Assembly (NCBI GenBank): GCA_964106645.2
Contig: OZ067044.1
DNA length: 64,000 bases
Direction: 5' to 3' (one strand)
Origin: Podarcis pityusensis
Taxonomy: Eukaryota
Shown: positions 36,301-48,353 of the stretch, one piece after another
Layout of the letters: each line of letters starts with the position of its first letter
How positions within the stretch are numbered: position 1 is the stretch's first letter
The notes under the pieces: model-generated
Database searches by the model: none
The model's input: the letters and a program-made list of their open reading frames with translations, nothing else
Told to the model about the DNA's origin: nothing
Program-made: the position numbers and the translations under genes

Positions 36301-38289
36301 GGACAGGAACATAGCAAACGTTTTCTGAAAACCCAAAATATGAACTGTGACTGTGCGATATAACAATGTTGTACTATGGAGTACTATGAGTTTGGTGGCA
36401 ATCCCGTTTCTTTTCAGCTTGAACGAACTCAATACAGTGCCTGAGATCATAGCAGGGCACTCATTATACCAAAAACAACTATACCTTTTGTCCAGCAGCA
36501 GCTTTGTAGCATTAACGTTTGCTACTAACCTCCATTCCCAAGCCTTCTTTCCTTCATTAGAGTGACACAAATAGTTGTTAGCTTGTTCACACAATCTGTA
36601 CCCTACTTTTCTATGAGGCAGCTCACAACATTTTCAATAAAACAAGAATAAAATCCAAAATCAGGAAAGCAGCCCAGCTCAAACTAAATACACCAGCTAA
36701 GAGACTTATGCCACAATTACTTACCAACAATCACCAAAAAAATCATCTACAGCTAAGCCAAGGTTTGGCTTAGATGGTGGAGGAAAATGGAGCATAGCAG
36801 CTGATCTAGATGTGCAGGCAAATATGCACGGGAGGACACAACCCTTAAGGCATGCAAGCAATGTTCAACATATTTTATCAGCCATATTTTGACCGCTACG
36901 GCAGGGAATGATTCCTTTCTGAAACCCTAAAAAGTGTTTGCAATGCTGGGCTAGAGGGACCAATGGTCTGGCTTGGTATAAGGCAGCTTTCTATGGGCCA
37001 ACTGAAGTTTTCAAGTGCTCTGCAAAGACAGTCCCAGGTTAATTCACATTATAGCAGTCTAATGTGGGTATTACTTTGGCGTGGGTCACTGTTGCCAGAA
37101 GGGGCACGGCTGGCACACTGGTCAGAGTTAATGAAGAGGTTCTCTTGCTCAGACTGCCACCTGGAGATCCAGGAGCCTCCTCCCAAATAGGCTCCGGTTC
37201 CTAAGAAGGAGGAGCACAATGCCATCACAAACAAGTTATGATCTTGGATCCTGACGGTACTTCCTTGTTATCTAGATGAAGTTTCAACTTTCATTCTACC
37301 TCTATAAATTATACGCCTCTTCTTTCTCCAGTATCACTCATGGAGTTTAAATGGCTGAATGAAAGATGTGAACTTACTGCTCTAGTTACTGCGCATCTTA
37401 TCACCAAACGAATGACTCCTCATAATTGCCTTCATGATTCTTTTGAGTCTTACACCATACTTTAATAATTAGTTTTTAGCTTCGTAACTCTCACCATTTT
37501 TTAACATATATCTCTTTTGTTTCCCAAATGGTTCTCTTACCCAGTTTCTCTTCAGCCAATTTTAGTCTTCCATGCTGCTGTTGGAAATTGGGACTTCCTT
37601 CCGGAAGATTTATTGTATTGTTCTAATCCCCATATTCACACCAAGGAATGACATATCTTCAATAACTCCCCATAATTATCATTCTTCCACTCACCGTATA
37701 TTCTCCTCCCCTTTAGCAAGAACATCATTTACACAGAGCATTCAGAATATATTCATAAAAAAGTCTCATTGCCAATAATGTATTCCAGTTTCATTAATTC
37801 ACAATCTGTCTTACATTTCTCTGAAATAATATTTACTATGTAGTGATGAATATATTGGATTCTCAATTTACTACCCTATTTAAGCCATATATAGCAAAAG
37901 CCCAATTGATTTGCAAATTAAGCCTCCAACTTAAAGCATTCTCTCGTTTCAAAAAGGCTTCCCTTAGGTAAAATACCCTAACTCAGAGTTATTTTCAGAA
38001 GTGGAAAGAATGAATTTCTGGGTAAATGTGATTAATGAAGTTTGGTACTCAATGGACAGACATTATATTTGAAGAATCTGCAACGAAATACTGCAATCCA
38101 TTTCCACAAATGACATGTAAACTGGTTTTTGTCTTTCCCATATATGTAATATTAAATCTGGTCTGAAAGTTTGGGGAATGTGCAGTGCAACAAAAGGAGA
38201 GAAGTATATTGTGTGAGTGTTTTGACTATTGATCCAAACCCCTAAAATGTATTTTATATAATTGACTTTTCATTTCTATTCTTTGTATA

Positions 38290-38530
38290 CAGTGGTACCT
38301 CAGGTTACAAACTAAATTCGTTCTGGAGGTCCGTTCTTAACCCGAAACAGTTCTTAACCTGAGGCACGCTTTCGCTAATGGGGCCTCCTGCTGCCGTCAT
38401 GCCACCGGCGTGCGGTTTCCGTTCTCATCCTGGGGCAAAGTTCAGAACCTGAGGTACTACTTCTGGGTTGGCGGAGTTTGTAACCCGAGGTGTTTGTAAC
38501 CTGAAGTGTTTGTAACCCGAGGTACCACTG
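38290..38530. mobile_element. Tc1/mariner (Tigger-like) MITE, 241 bp
   Basis: TIRs CAGTGGTACCTCAGGTTACAAAC / GTTTGTAACCCGAGGTACCACTG flanked by TA on both sides. Confidence 0.9.
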
Positions 38531-38701
38531 TATCGTATTGTTTTATTGCTATGGCCGATGGCTGACGCAAATGAAGATTCATTCATTCATTCATTGTGTG
38601 AGTGAACCTCATTCCACACAAGCATACCTCACTTAGCACTTTGTTGAATCCCATCCTTAAAAATTAAATATTAGAAAACAAATTCCCAACAGTGTTCTCA
38701 C

Positions 38702-41125
38702 CTGAACCCCATGTTGACTTTCACCTGCATGACTGGGGACACCTTCAGAATCATTGGAACTCCTTGGATTCACCTGAGTGTTAGGAGGCTCCACAGAGAA
38801 AACAGGAAACAGGGGCCTGAGAAACCGGAACTCGCTGTTCAGAGACCCACCAGCTAAGCACACCTCATAGTTGTAAGCCTGGGATAGAGATCCAGCACCA
38901 GAATCCGCAGAGTTCTCCTGGGAATCAGGTCCCACCGGGAAATTGGCTGTGGAGTTGTAGGTTCCTATGAACTTTTCACGTTTCTGCAACTTGATTACAA
39001 CAAAGGCCACTACAGAAATGAGAAAGATGCTTGAGATGGCAGCCAAGCAGATGATCAAATACATCGTCAGGCTGGGGTCTTCCTCCTCCACTGTTTCCTC
39101 CTTTGGGAGAGCCACACTTTTCAGATAAGGGTCAGAGAAGCCGTCCACTAGAAGGATTCTGAGCGTGGCAGAGGTGGACTGGGGAGGATGGCCATTGTCT
39201 CGGACCACCACAATCAGATTCTGCTTGAAGCTGTCTCGGTTGCTGACCGGCCTCAGGGTGGTCACTTCTCCATTCTGGGCCCCCACCGTGAACAGACCCG
39301 GCTCTGTGGCCTTCAGCAGTTGGTAGGAAAGCCAAGAGTTCTGTGCAGAATCCCTGTCCACAGCCACCACCTTGGTGACCAGGTAGCCAGTCTCTGCCCC
39401 TCGGGGAACCAGGTCATTCGAGGGGGAAGTGCCATTCTGGAGAGGGTAGAGGATGAAGGGGGCATTGTCATTTTCATCCACGACCTGAACGCGGATGGGA
39501 ACTTCGGAGCTCAGTGGAGGGGAACCTGAATCCACAGCCCTCACCGTCACATGGCAATCTTGTACTTCCTCATAATCCAGAGACCGGATGGCATACAGGT
39601 TCCCCGTTTCAGAGTTGATGGAGATGTAAGAGGATGTGGGGCCATCATTGACCTTCCCAGGCAAAAGCGAGTAGGTCACTTTGGCATTCTGCGCTGTGTC
39701 CAGATCAACAGCATGGACGAAACCGATCAGAAGACCAGGAATATTGTTTTCTCTTAACTGCATTTCATAGAATGTCTTTTCAAACACTGGAGGGTTGTCA
39801 TTGACATCTGAGATTTGCACATGAAGTATTCTTGTGGAAGTGAGTCTGGGAGAGCCCCTGTCCATGGCTGTAATGGTGATGTTATACTCAGAGGCTTGTT
39901 CTCTGTCCAGTGGTTGTTGGGTTACCAGCTGGTAATAGTTGTTCTCTGTGGGTTTGAGCACAAATGGCAGATTTACTTCAGTGGTGCAGGCAGTTCTGCC
40001 ACTGTCTCCAGAGTCCACATCTGTGACACTGAAGAGGGCCACCACTGTGTCTGGGGGAGAGTCCTCAGGTAAGGGACTGGTGATGGATGTGATTGTAATC
40101 TCTGGAGCATTGTCGTTCTCATCCTCAATCTCTACAATGACTTTACAGTAAGCAGAAAGGCCTCCTCCGTCTGTAGCTCTGATGTTCATCTCATAATTTG
40201 TGTTTTCTTCATAATCAATTATACCTGAGATAGTAAGTTCCCCAGTATTTTTATTTAACCTGAATGGTCTCTGCACATTTTCTGGCACTTGGCTAAATGA
40301 GTAAGTGATTTCAGCATTGGAACCAATATCCTTGTCTCTGGCTTCAACTCTTGTGACTAATGTACCCAATGGGCTGTTTTCCATCAGTTTTTCCTGGTAC
40401 ACAGATTTATTAAATAGAGGAGCATTATCATTGGTGTCCAGAACATCTATGATGATTTGTGCTGTTCCAGTTTTGTGGGGTATTCCTCCATCAGCAGCTG
40501 ACAGAATTAGGAAAAGCTTTGCTTCCACCTCACGGTCTAATGGTTTCTCCAATACTAGGTCTGCATATTTAGTACCATCACTGTGACTCTGCACATCCAA
40601 CCTAAAATACTTATTAGGACTAAGTGTGTAATTCTGAACAGTATTTTTTCCTTTGTCTGAATCTTGAGCTCTCTCCAAAGGGAATACAGTATTTATGTGA
40701 GTTTGCTCAGGTATTTCAAAAATAAATTGATCTTTCGAGAATTTGGGGGAATTATCATTCACATCCTCTATTTGAACTTCAATTCTATATAGCTTCAATG
40801 GATCTTCTAGCACAATTTCAGAGAGCAGAACACAATGGTCATTCTGACCACAGAGAGCCTCTCGATCTATCCTATCCTTTAATATCATGTTGCCAGAATG
40901 AGGATCCAGCTGGAAATACTGCTTGCTGCTCTTAGAAACCAGCCGGGCTCTCCGAGCAGACAGCTCCTTTGCATCCACTTTCAAATCTTTCAGCACATTA
41001 GCCACCAAGGACCCTGTTTTCCTTTCCTCTGGCACTGAATATTGGATGGAATTGCATATTGCCCCATACATGCAGAGAGACAGAAAGAAAAAAGTCACTT
41101 GCCTGTTCCTGTTATTCATTTCCAT
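38702..41125 (-). CDS. PCDHB: Protocadherin beta-like exon, subfamily A (A1, last beta exon); 808 codons to the donor, unspliced stop at 38657
   Basis: Beta signatures PFILYPLQNGTSP, LLVDGFSDPYL and SLSQAYNYEVCLAGGSLNSEFRFLRP. Likely ATG at 41125 (MEMNNRNRQV). Donor CAG|GTGAGA. Confidence 0.93.
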
Positions 41126-41327
41126 TGCTCCAGATTCACTCAAGACAGATTGAACAACAGAAAAATATGTTAGCTGTATCCCTTTGCTGTATTTATTCCT
41201 GAAAATGCACACCGCTGTCTCCCTCCTCCTGATTTTTTTTGCAATGAAGACCTGTATCTCTTTTGCTTCCAGATTGTTTTGCCCTTGTCTATGCTTTCCA
41301 GAGATTAATCTTTTAAGAATATGTGCT

Positions 41328-41370
41328 GTGCAATGGCACCATCTTGTGTTTGAAATACATATAACTGCAA
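41328..41370 (-). promoter_or_regulatory. CTCF-like promoter element, beta-A type
   Basis: Minus strand AAACACAAGATGGTGCCATTGCAC; conserved upstream of all three A exons. Confidence 0.7.
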
Positions 41371-44300
41371 TCTTTGTCAGTTAGCTGGTCCTCACCCCTT
41401 ACTATTAATATCTATACAAAGCTCCTTATAGAGAAAGATATGGATGCAGATCTTGGGGTTTGCAGTTAATGTGAGCCTGTTTGTGAAGGTGAATAAATAA
41501 CATTGACCCCATATTAACTGGAAGGTATGGAATGTGTATACAAATTCATTATATGAACATGGAATTTTGAACACAGCTCAGGCCATCACTCAACTAAAGC
41601 CAGCTAATGTAAACTAACCTCTGGATACATTTCACACATTAATGAGACAATATCTGAAAAATACAAACAATTGCCAACAATGGAGGCTGGCATGTTAAGG
41701 CAAATGGGGTACTGCCCCATCCACCTCTCTGTCTTGATTCTTACATACTACCAGTTCTGGAGGTGGCACTGCTCCTCACATGCTATCATTAGTTCTGGCT
41801 CCACCTACTGTTGGTCTCCCTTCCTTCTGCCCTACCAGTCCCAATAGATATGGTGGTGTTAGCTGTATATATGGGTGGCACTGTGCAAGGAGGGTAGAGG
41901 TCGCAAGCAGGAAATTTAAGTTAGTCATGCTTTACCTGGTGCTCTGTTAATCCCACATGGTGTCAGAATGGAGACTATCTATGTTCCCTGCAGTGTTCTG
42001 ACAGCCTCACAAAACAGAAAGGTAGTCACAGGTTAACACTCAGAGAATACTAGGAGGCCCAGCTACTGCAGCCACAGTGTTTATCTCTCAAAATAACAGG
42101 CAAAAGAGAGGCCTGGAAACTGAGAGTACCTGCAGGAAGGCTCTGCTGGTGCAGCTACTGACGGGGTATCACTCCAGAAAAGGAGGAAAGAAAACAGAGG
42201 CAGAGGCGAGACCTGGAACTAAGAGAGTCTACAATGACCCATAAAGGTGAGTCCAAGCCATCTATGACCCCTCTGAACAGGGCTACTCCATCCCTGGTTG
42301 ATTTCCACATTGCATGAATAGTTTGATTTCCAGCACCCTGAAGGCTGGCCATTTTAGATAAGCAGATTCCAAAGGTTCTTCCAGACATCTGGACACAGGA
42401 ACAGCGAGTAACACTCTTTTGTGCACTATGGAGCCAGCAGTAGGGAATATAATCCTCTCAAGGAGACTCACAAATGTCCAGATATAACTGTTTTAAAACA
42501 GACAAAGAAGAGCTAGAGAAGCACTTTCTACCTCATTGCAAAGTAATGTTTGAGCCGGTCTAATTCCACTCTCGCAAGCAGGATGGTCAAAGAAAGAAAA
42601 CTTGGGAGTCAGCAGGAGGTTGCAGACTTAGACACTACAAACTAACTCATGTGATGTTAACCTGGCAAAGGGAAGGAATACAGCAGGTAACCCAAAGACT
42701 GCCCTTAGTGTGGCAAGTCACCCTACAGCAAGAAGACAGTCAGACATTATCAGAAAAGGGGGCATTATGCTGCAGTGTGCTGTTCTAAACACATCATAGC
42801 ACTGGTTCTCCAAAAAGACCACCTGGGAGCCATTGGTAATGGTCAGAATGAGCCTCCATGGATTACCACCATTGTCTTGGGAGAGCTTTCAATTGAATTT
42901 AAAATTGTCATGGGGCAGGTGTCAAAGTGACCCCAACTTCATTGTACAGGAAGCTAAAGGCTTCTACTTCGACTTTATTTTGCTCTCAGAAGGGGTTGGG
43001 TCTTTCTGCAGAGTAAAGCATTCTGGGGGAGGTTGCCCAGGAAAATGCCTGTACCACATCTACTTTTCAGAAACAGCTAAACATCCTTTTAAAATGTTGG
43101 AATCCTAGAAGCCAAGACCCCAGTTTTGGGCAAGCACTCTTTGGTGAGAGAACCTCAGCAGAGATTTAGCATCACACAACAAGCAGCAGAGAAAAACATG
43201 GAAATTTAAGGAAAACCTTAAAACGTGCCCTTCAAGTAAGTCCCCAAATGTCCAGTTTTCAAAGTTCTTTTCACTGTATCCCATTTCCCTAGCATATCAA
43301 CCACATGTTTTGCAAGCCATAACATGGTTTACTAGCAAAACTCTTCAGAGGTCAGATTCATGTGTTTTTCCATACAGCAGCCAGAAAAGATGCACAATCA
43401 GTTAAAACATTGCTTAGCTATAAAAGGTAAAAGTTTCTAAATATTGATAGACACAAACACTAGTTTGAGCCTCTGTTCTGGTATGAAACAAAAAAGCCTG
43501 GTTAAAACCATGAGGGTAGAATGACCTCCTTACAACAAAGGCTTCTTGACCCATTTCCTCTCCAGGTGAGCAGTGATGACTGCCTGGCAGGACAGCTTAC
43601 TCTACGGTTTAACCCCTTCATGTGCCATCTAGATTCAAACATCCTAGAGGTATATGTGACTGGAACCCTACCATCAAAAACACTACTTAAAAATTAAGAG
43701 AGAATGACTAACCACTAGAGCTGTATGTTGGCTCTGCATGAAGCACAAATTCTGAGGTGTTCGTGGGTGATTTGGGTGAGATTTTCACACACAATCAAGT
43801 GTGTCATTAACAAGGTGTCTGGAGTTGGAGCAGAACTGCTTAAAGTCCTGAGTCTCAGACTGCTACTTTGTTTTTAGTTTTTTTATAAAAGAAGAAGTCA
43901 GTAACTTAGTCATCTATAAAGCAAAATGTTGAGGGAATGTTCTAGGGTTTATTAGGCAGATATGGAGGTGTTGCAATTGCTAAGGTCACTTTGTTACGTT
44001 GCTAAGCAATCAGAAGTAAGGAATCGGGAGGCATTCTCTCTATCTTTGCTTTCTTTCAACAGGAACAGCCTGCAGTGAGAGGTACAGCAATGGGAATAAA
44101 GCAAATTATGGCTAGCACCTTTAGTATATAGTATGTCTATCTTACAAATATTGATCAGGGCAGGCCTTTTCTTTTATGGAAATACAATTATGGATAAAGC
44201 TTAACCCTTTCACATTCTGTCTGTCAGGCAACTTATTACCTGTGTGATATACTTTTGAACCTTTTACTTAAGAACAGCAGCTTGTGACATTATGAATGCT

Positions 44301-44429
44301 GAAAACATGTTGAGACTGAATTGGGACTTGAACTGGACAAATTCATTTTGTAAAGGGACAAACTGGAACTAGAACTAATCCCTTTTTGGACAGGATAAAG
44401 TAGAACTTTCCAAGCACTGCTAGTAACAA

Positions 44430-44525
44430 GTTCCTGCTTGGCAGGGGGTTGGACTCGATGGCCCTTGTGGTCTCTTCCAACTCTATGATTCTATGATTCT
44501 ATGATTCTATGATTCTATGATTCTA
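44430..44525 (+). mobile_element. CR1 LINE 3' terminus with (ATTCTATG)n tail
   Basis: GGGGGTTGGACTCGATG...TTCCAACTCTATGATTCTATG with about five octamer repeats, diagnostic of CR1 3' ends. Confidence 0.88.
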
Positions 44526-45354
44526 ACATGTAGAAGCTTAAATCAATTACAGAAAAATAGCATTAATTCATAAATTAATCTGGTTAAAAAGTAGGTGTAA
44601 TCTAGAAACTTCCTTTATATCTTAATACCTAAATTATTAAATTTTCCTTTTCATATCAGGTTATTGAATGTGGTCAGCTTCTTCATTAAACAGATATAAA
44701 TTATATATGTTCTTTGATATCAAGTATGCAGTGATGTTAACCAATTAAATTTTAGATATTGACAGTTTGGAAGAACTGAAACACTTTTTTAAAAATTCTG
44801 AATTCCTGGCACAGTTCTAGGATTGAGAGAGGTGTTACTGCACTTTCCTGGTAAACAAGGCAAGAGTTTTTAAAGTTTAAGAGAATATTGTAAGCATTCA
44901 GAAAAGGTGGGATCATAAGACTGATGTACAGGAGAGAAATGGAGAAATCATTGGGTTCTAGGTCACTTGGTCCTACGTATTTGGATATTGGTCCTACCCA
45001 CTTCGGCCTTGGAGGCTTGGCCAGAGAAGAATGTGGTCCTTGACAGGAAGATCCCCAACCCCCTGTTCTACAGAGAAGTAAAAAAAAAAAAACAAACCAA
45101 TGCCCTGAAAAATAAAAATAACAGAAGATCAAAGAAAGGTTCAAGGAACTAAAATGGCTCCAAGTGAAGAGAGTAGGTGGGTTAAAAAAGAAAGGCAAGA
45201 ACAAATATTATTAAATGGCTATAAAAGAGGCATTTCAAAATTTACAAACTGCAACATAAAGAATTAACCAAAATAGGATGATGTGAAGAAACAGATAAGA
45301 AAAGTGACTTATGATGTAATATGCTTTCTCCAACTATAATTACTAATCGCTCAC

Positions 45355-47775
45355 CTGTTTCCCTGATTCTGTTTTCCCCGCCTGGTCAGGAATATCTTGG
45401 GAAGCAGACGGAGGGGTCTGGTTCACATTGAGGTTTGGGTCCCCCACAGAAAAAACAGGAATGAGGGGCCTGAGGAACCTGAACTCGCTGCTCAAGGACC
45501 CACCGGTTAAGCAAACATCGTAGTGGTAACTCCTGGAAAGCGACCCGCTCTGAGAATCGCCACAGTTCTCTGGGATGTCGGGTCTGGCAGGTGGGAAGTG
45601 AGGAGGGGCAGCGATAAAACTTTCCCTGGGATCCCTCCTGCAGATCTTGATGGCAGCAAAGGAAACAATGCAAACGAGGAACACAAAGGAGACTGCAGCC
45701 AGGCAGATCACCAGATACAAGGTCAAGGTCCCATCTTCTTCGTGTTCCTCTTTACTGACCTCCACAGCCTTCATATAAGGATCCGAAAAGCCACCCACGG
45801 GAAGGACATGGAGCATGGCAGTGCTGCTCTGGGGAGGGAGCCCGTTGTCCCTGACCACTATCAGGAGTCTCTGCTTGCTGGTGTCTCGCTCGCTCAGGGC
45901 TCTCCTGGTTCTCACTTCCCCATTCTGGGCTCCGATGCTGAAAAGACCAGGGTCTGTGGCCTTCAGCAGCTCATAGGAAAGCCACGAGTTCTGGCCAGAA
46001 TCTCCATCCACAGCCACCACCTTGGTGACCAGGTAGCCGGCCTCCACCGACTTGGGGACCAGCTCATTGCAGGGGGATGTGCTGTTCTGAAGAGGGTAGA
46101 GGAAGAAGGGAGCGTTGTCGTTTTCGTCTAGGATTACGACTCGGACAGTAACTTCTGAGCTGAGGGGAGGAGACCCTCCATCTGTAGCCCTCACCGTCAC
46201 TTTGAAATCTTTGATCTGCTCATAATCCAGAGATCGGAGGGCATACAGATTTCCACTTTCAGAGTTGACTGAGATGTAAGAGGCCACAAGGCCATCAGTA
46301 ACCTTCCCAGGCAAAAGGGAGTAGGTGACCTTGGCATTCTTCTCGGTGTCCAGATCAGCAGCATGGACTGAGCCAATGAGCAGTCCTGGAATATTGTTTT
46401 CCCGTATCTGCATTTCACATGAAGACGTTTCAAATACTGGAGGGTTGTCATTGATATCTGAGATCTTAACATTAATCATTCTTGTTGAAGTGAGCCTGGG
46501 GGAGCCTTGGTCAACGGCTGTGATGGTGATATTATATTCCGGGACCTTCTCTCTGTCCAGGTAGCTTTGGACCACAAGCTGGTAATAGTTATTCATAGTG
46601 GATTTTAAGACAAAGGGAAGGTTTGTCTCCACAGAGCACACGGTTCTGCCATTGTCTCCAGAGTCTCGGTCTGTGACTGTGAAGAGAGCCACAAGTGTCT
46701 CCAGGGGAGAATCCTCTGCCAGAGGACTAGTGATGGATACGATGGACACTTCAGGGACATTGTCATTCACGTCTTCAATCTCTACCAGGACCTTGCAGTG
46801 ACCTGAAAGATCCCCTCCATCTGTTGCTCTGATGCTCATGCTGTAACTGGTTTCTTTTTCAAAATCAATTTGTCCCAAAACAGTTATTTCCCCAGTGAGA
46901 TCATTTAAGTGGAAGCAACGGTGTATTTTTTCAGGTACCCGATCAAATGAGTACGTTATTCGTGCATTTGAACCAAAATCTGAATCTGTAGCTTCCACTT
47001 TGGAGACCAGGGTGTCCCTAGGGCTGTTTTCCTTTAACCTTACTTTATATTCAGAATGAGTAAACTGAGGGAAATTATCATTGATGTCCAAAACCTTGAT
47101 ATTTATCTGAACTGTGCCTGTTCTCTGTGGCTCTCCTCCATCTGCAGCTGTGAGAGTCAGTCCAAACTCTGCTGCTTCTTCCCTGTCTAGAGGTTTCACC
47201 AAAATAAGGTCCAAATATTTGTTTCCACTTTCATCACTTTTTACTTGGAGCCAGAAATGCTCATTGGAACTCAGAGTGTAGTTTTGAACGTTATTTTTAT
47301 CCAAATCTGTATCTTGTGCAGATTCCAAAGGGAATTGGGTGTTGATAGGGACATTCTCTGGAATATATAGCTTGAATTCCTTTTTTGAGAATTTGGGAGT
47401 ATTGTCATTTACATCTTTTATCTCTATCTCTATACTGTAGATCTTTAAGGGGTTTTGGAGCACAATTTCAGAGAGCAGCAAGCAAGGATCAGTCTCACCA
47501 CACAAAGCTTCCCTGTCTACTTTATCATTTATCAGCAGATTCCCAGTGTGGGTATCAAGGTGGAAATACTGCTTTGTGCTTTTGGACACTAGCTGGGCTC
47601 TGCGAGCAGACAGCTCCCCTGTTCCCAGTTTCAAATCCTTCAGCACATTAGCCACCAGAAATCCACTTTTCTTTTCTTCAGGCACAGAATAGCGTATTGA
47701 GATACACATCACTCTAGACACAGAGAATAAGAGGAAGAGATACAGACCTTGCCTGTTCCTGATGCAGTCTTCCAT
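45355..47775 (-). CDS. PCDHB: Protocadherin beta-like exon, subfamily B (B1); 807 codons to the donor, unspliced stop at 45343
   Basis: PFFLYPLQNSTSPCNELVP and SLSRSYHYDVCLTGGSLSSEFRFLRP motifs. Likely ATG at 47775 (MEDCIRNRQ). Donor CAG|GTGAGC. Confidence 0.93.
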
Positions 47776-48028
47776 GGTTTCTCTCCCTTCTTGGTAAGAT
47801 ATATAGGTTCCGGCCAAAAGACCAATTTTTCGGTTTTCTCCTGTGGCTCCCTGTGCTGTTGTGTAAATTGTTTCTTTTTCCTCCTGTCGTGGTCAATGCT
47901 TGCTCCCTTGAATTTTGTATTTCCTTTCTAGAAAAGGAGTCTGCACCTTTCTAGTTCAGTTATCTCTGTTCATAGCTTCCCCTCAGTGCTGCTACAAAGC
48001 AATATTGTGAATAAAAAATAATGTGCTT

Positions 48029-48052
48029 GCCAATATTGCCACCTTGTGGTTC
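48029..48052 (-). promoter_or_regulatory. CTCF site, beta-B type, with adjacent CCAAT/ATTGG
   Basis: Minus strand AACCACAAGGTGGCAATATTGGC, a near-consensus CTCF core; same element at 57781. Confidence 0.8.
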
Positions 48053-48353
48053 ATCTAAGAAAAATGTGTTAATAGCCTAGAAAGTCCATTTGACAGCAGG
48101 CCAGTGAAAATTGAGTTTAGATTCATGCTCATTTAACTGTTAGCTCATGTGTACATGAGATCATAATTTTCTTAATCATGCCAATAAATAGAAAAAAGAA
48201 TAATTTGATAAGTACATTACATTTCAAACCTTACTTACATTTCCGCGTATCCTGTTCTTTCAGTGAGCATAAGTCATCAACCAAGTATCATTGATTGAAT
48301 ATAATAATTTTTATTCATTCAGAATATAATCATATTATACTAATTATCCTCAC

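Noticed and set aside
39360-39385. CACCAAGGTGGTGG within EC6 as an exonic CTCF site
   Set aside because: Explained by codons for the conserved VTKVVAVD peptide and has several mismatches to the CTCF core.
44480-44525. Short tandem repeats resembling an array
   Set aside because: CR1 octamer tail with no spacers; this is eukaryotic DNA and not a CRISPR array.
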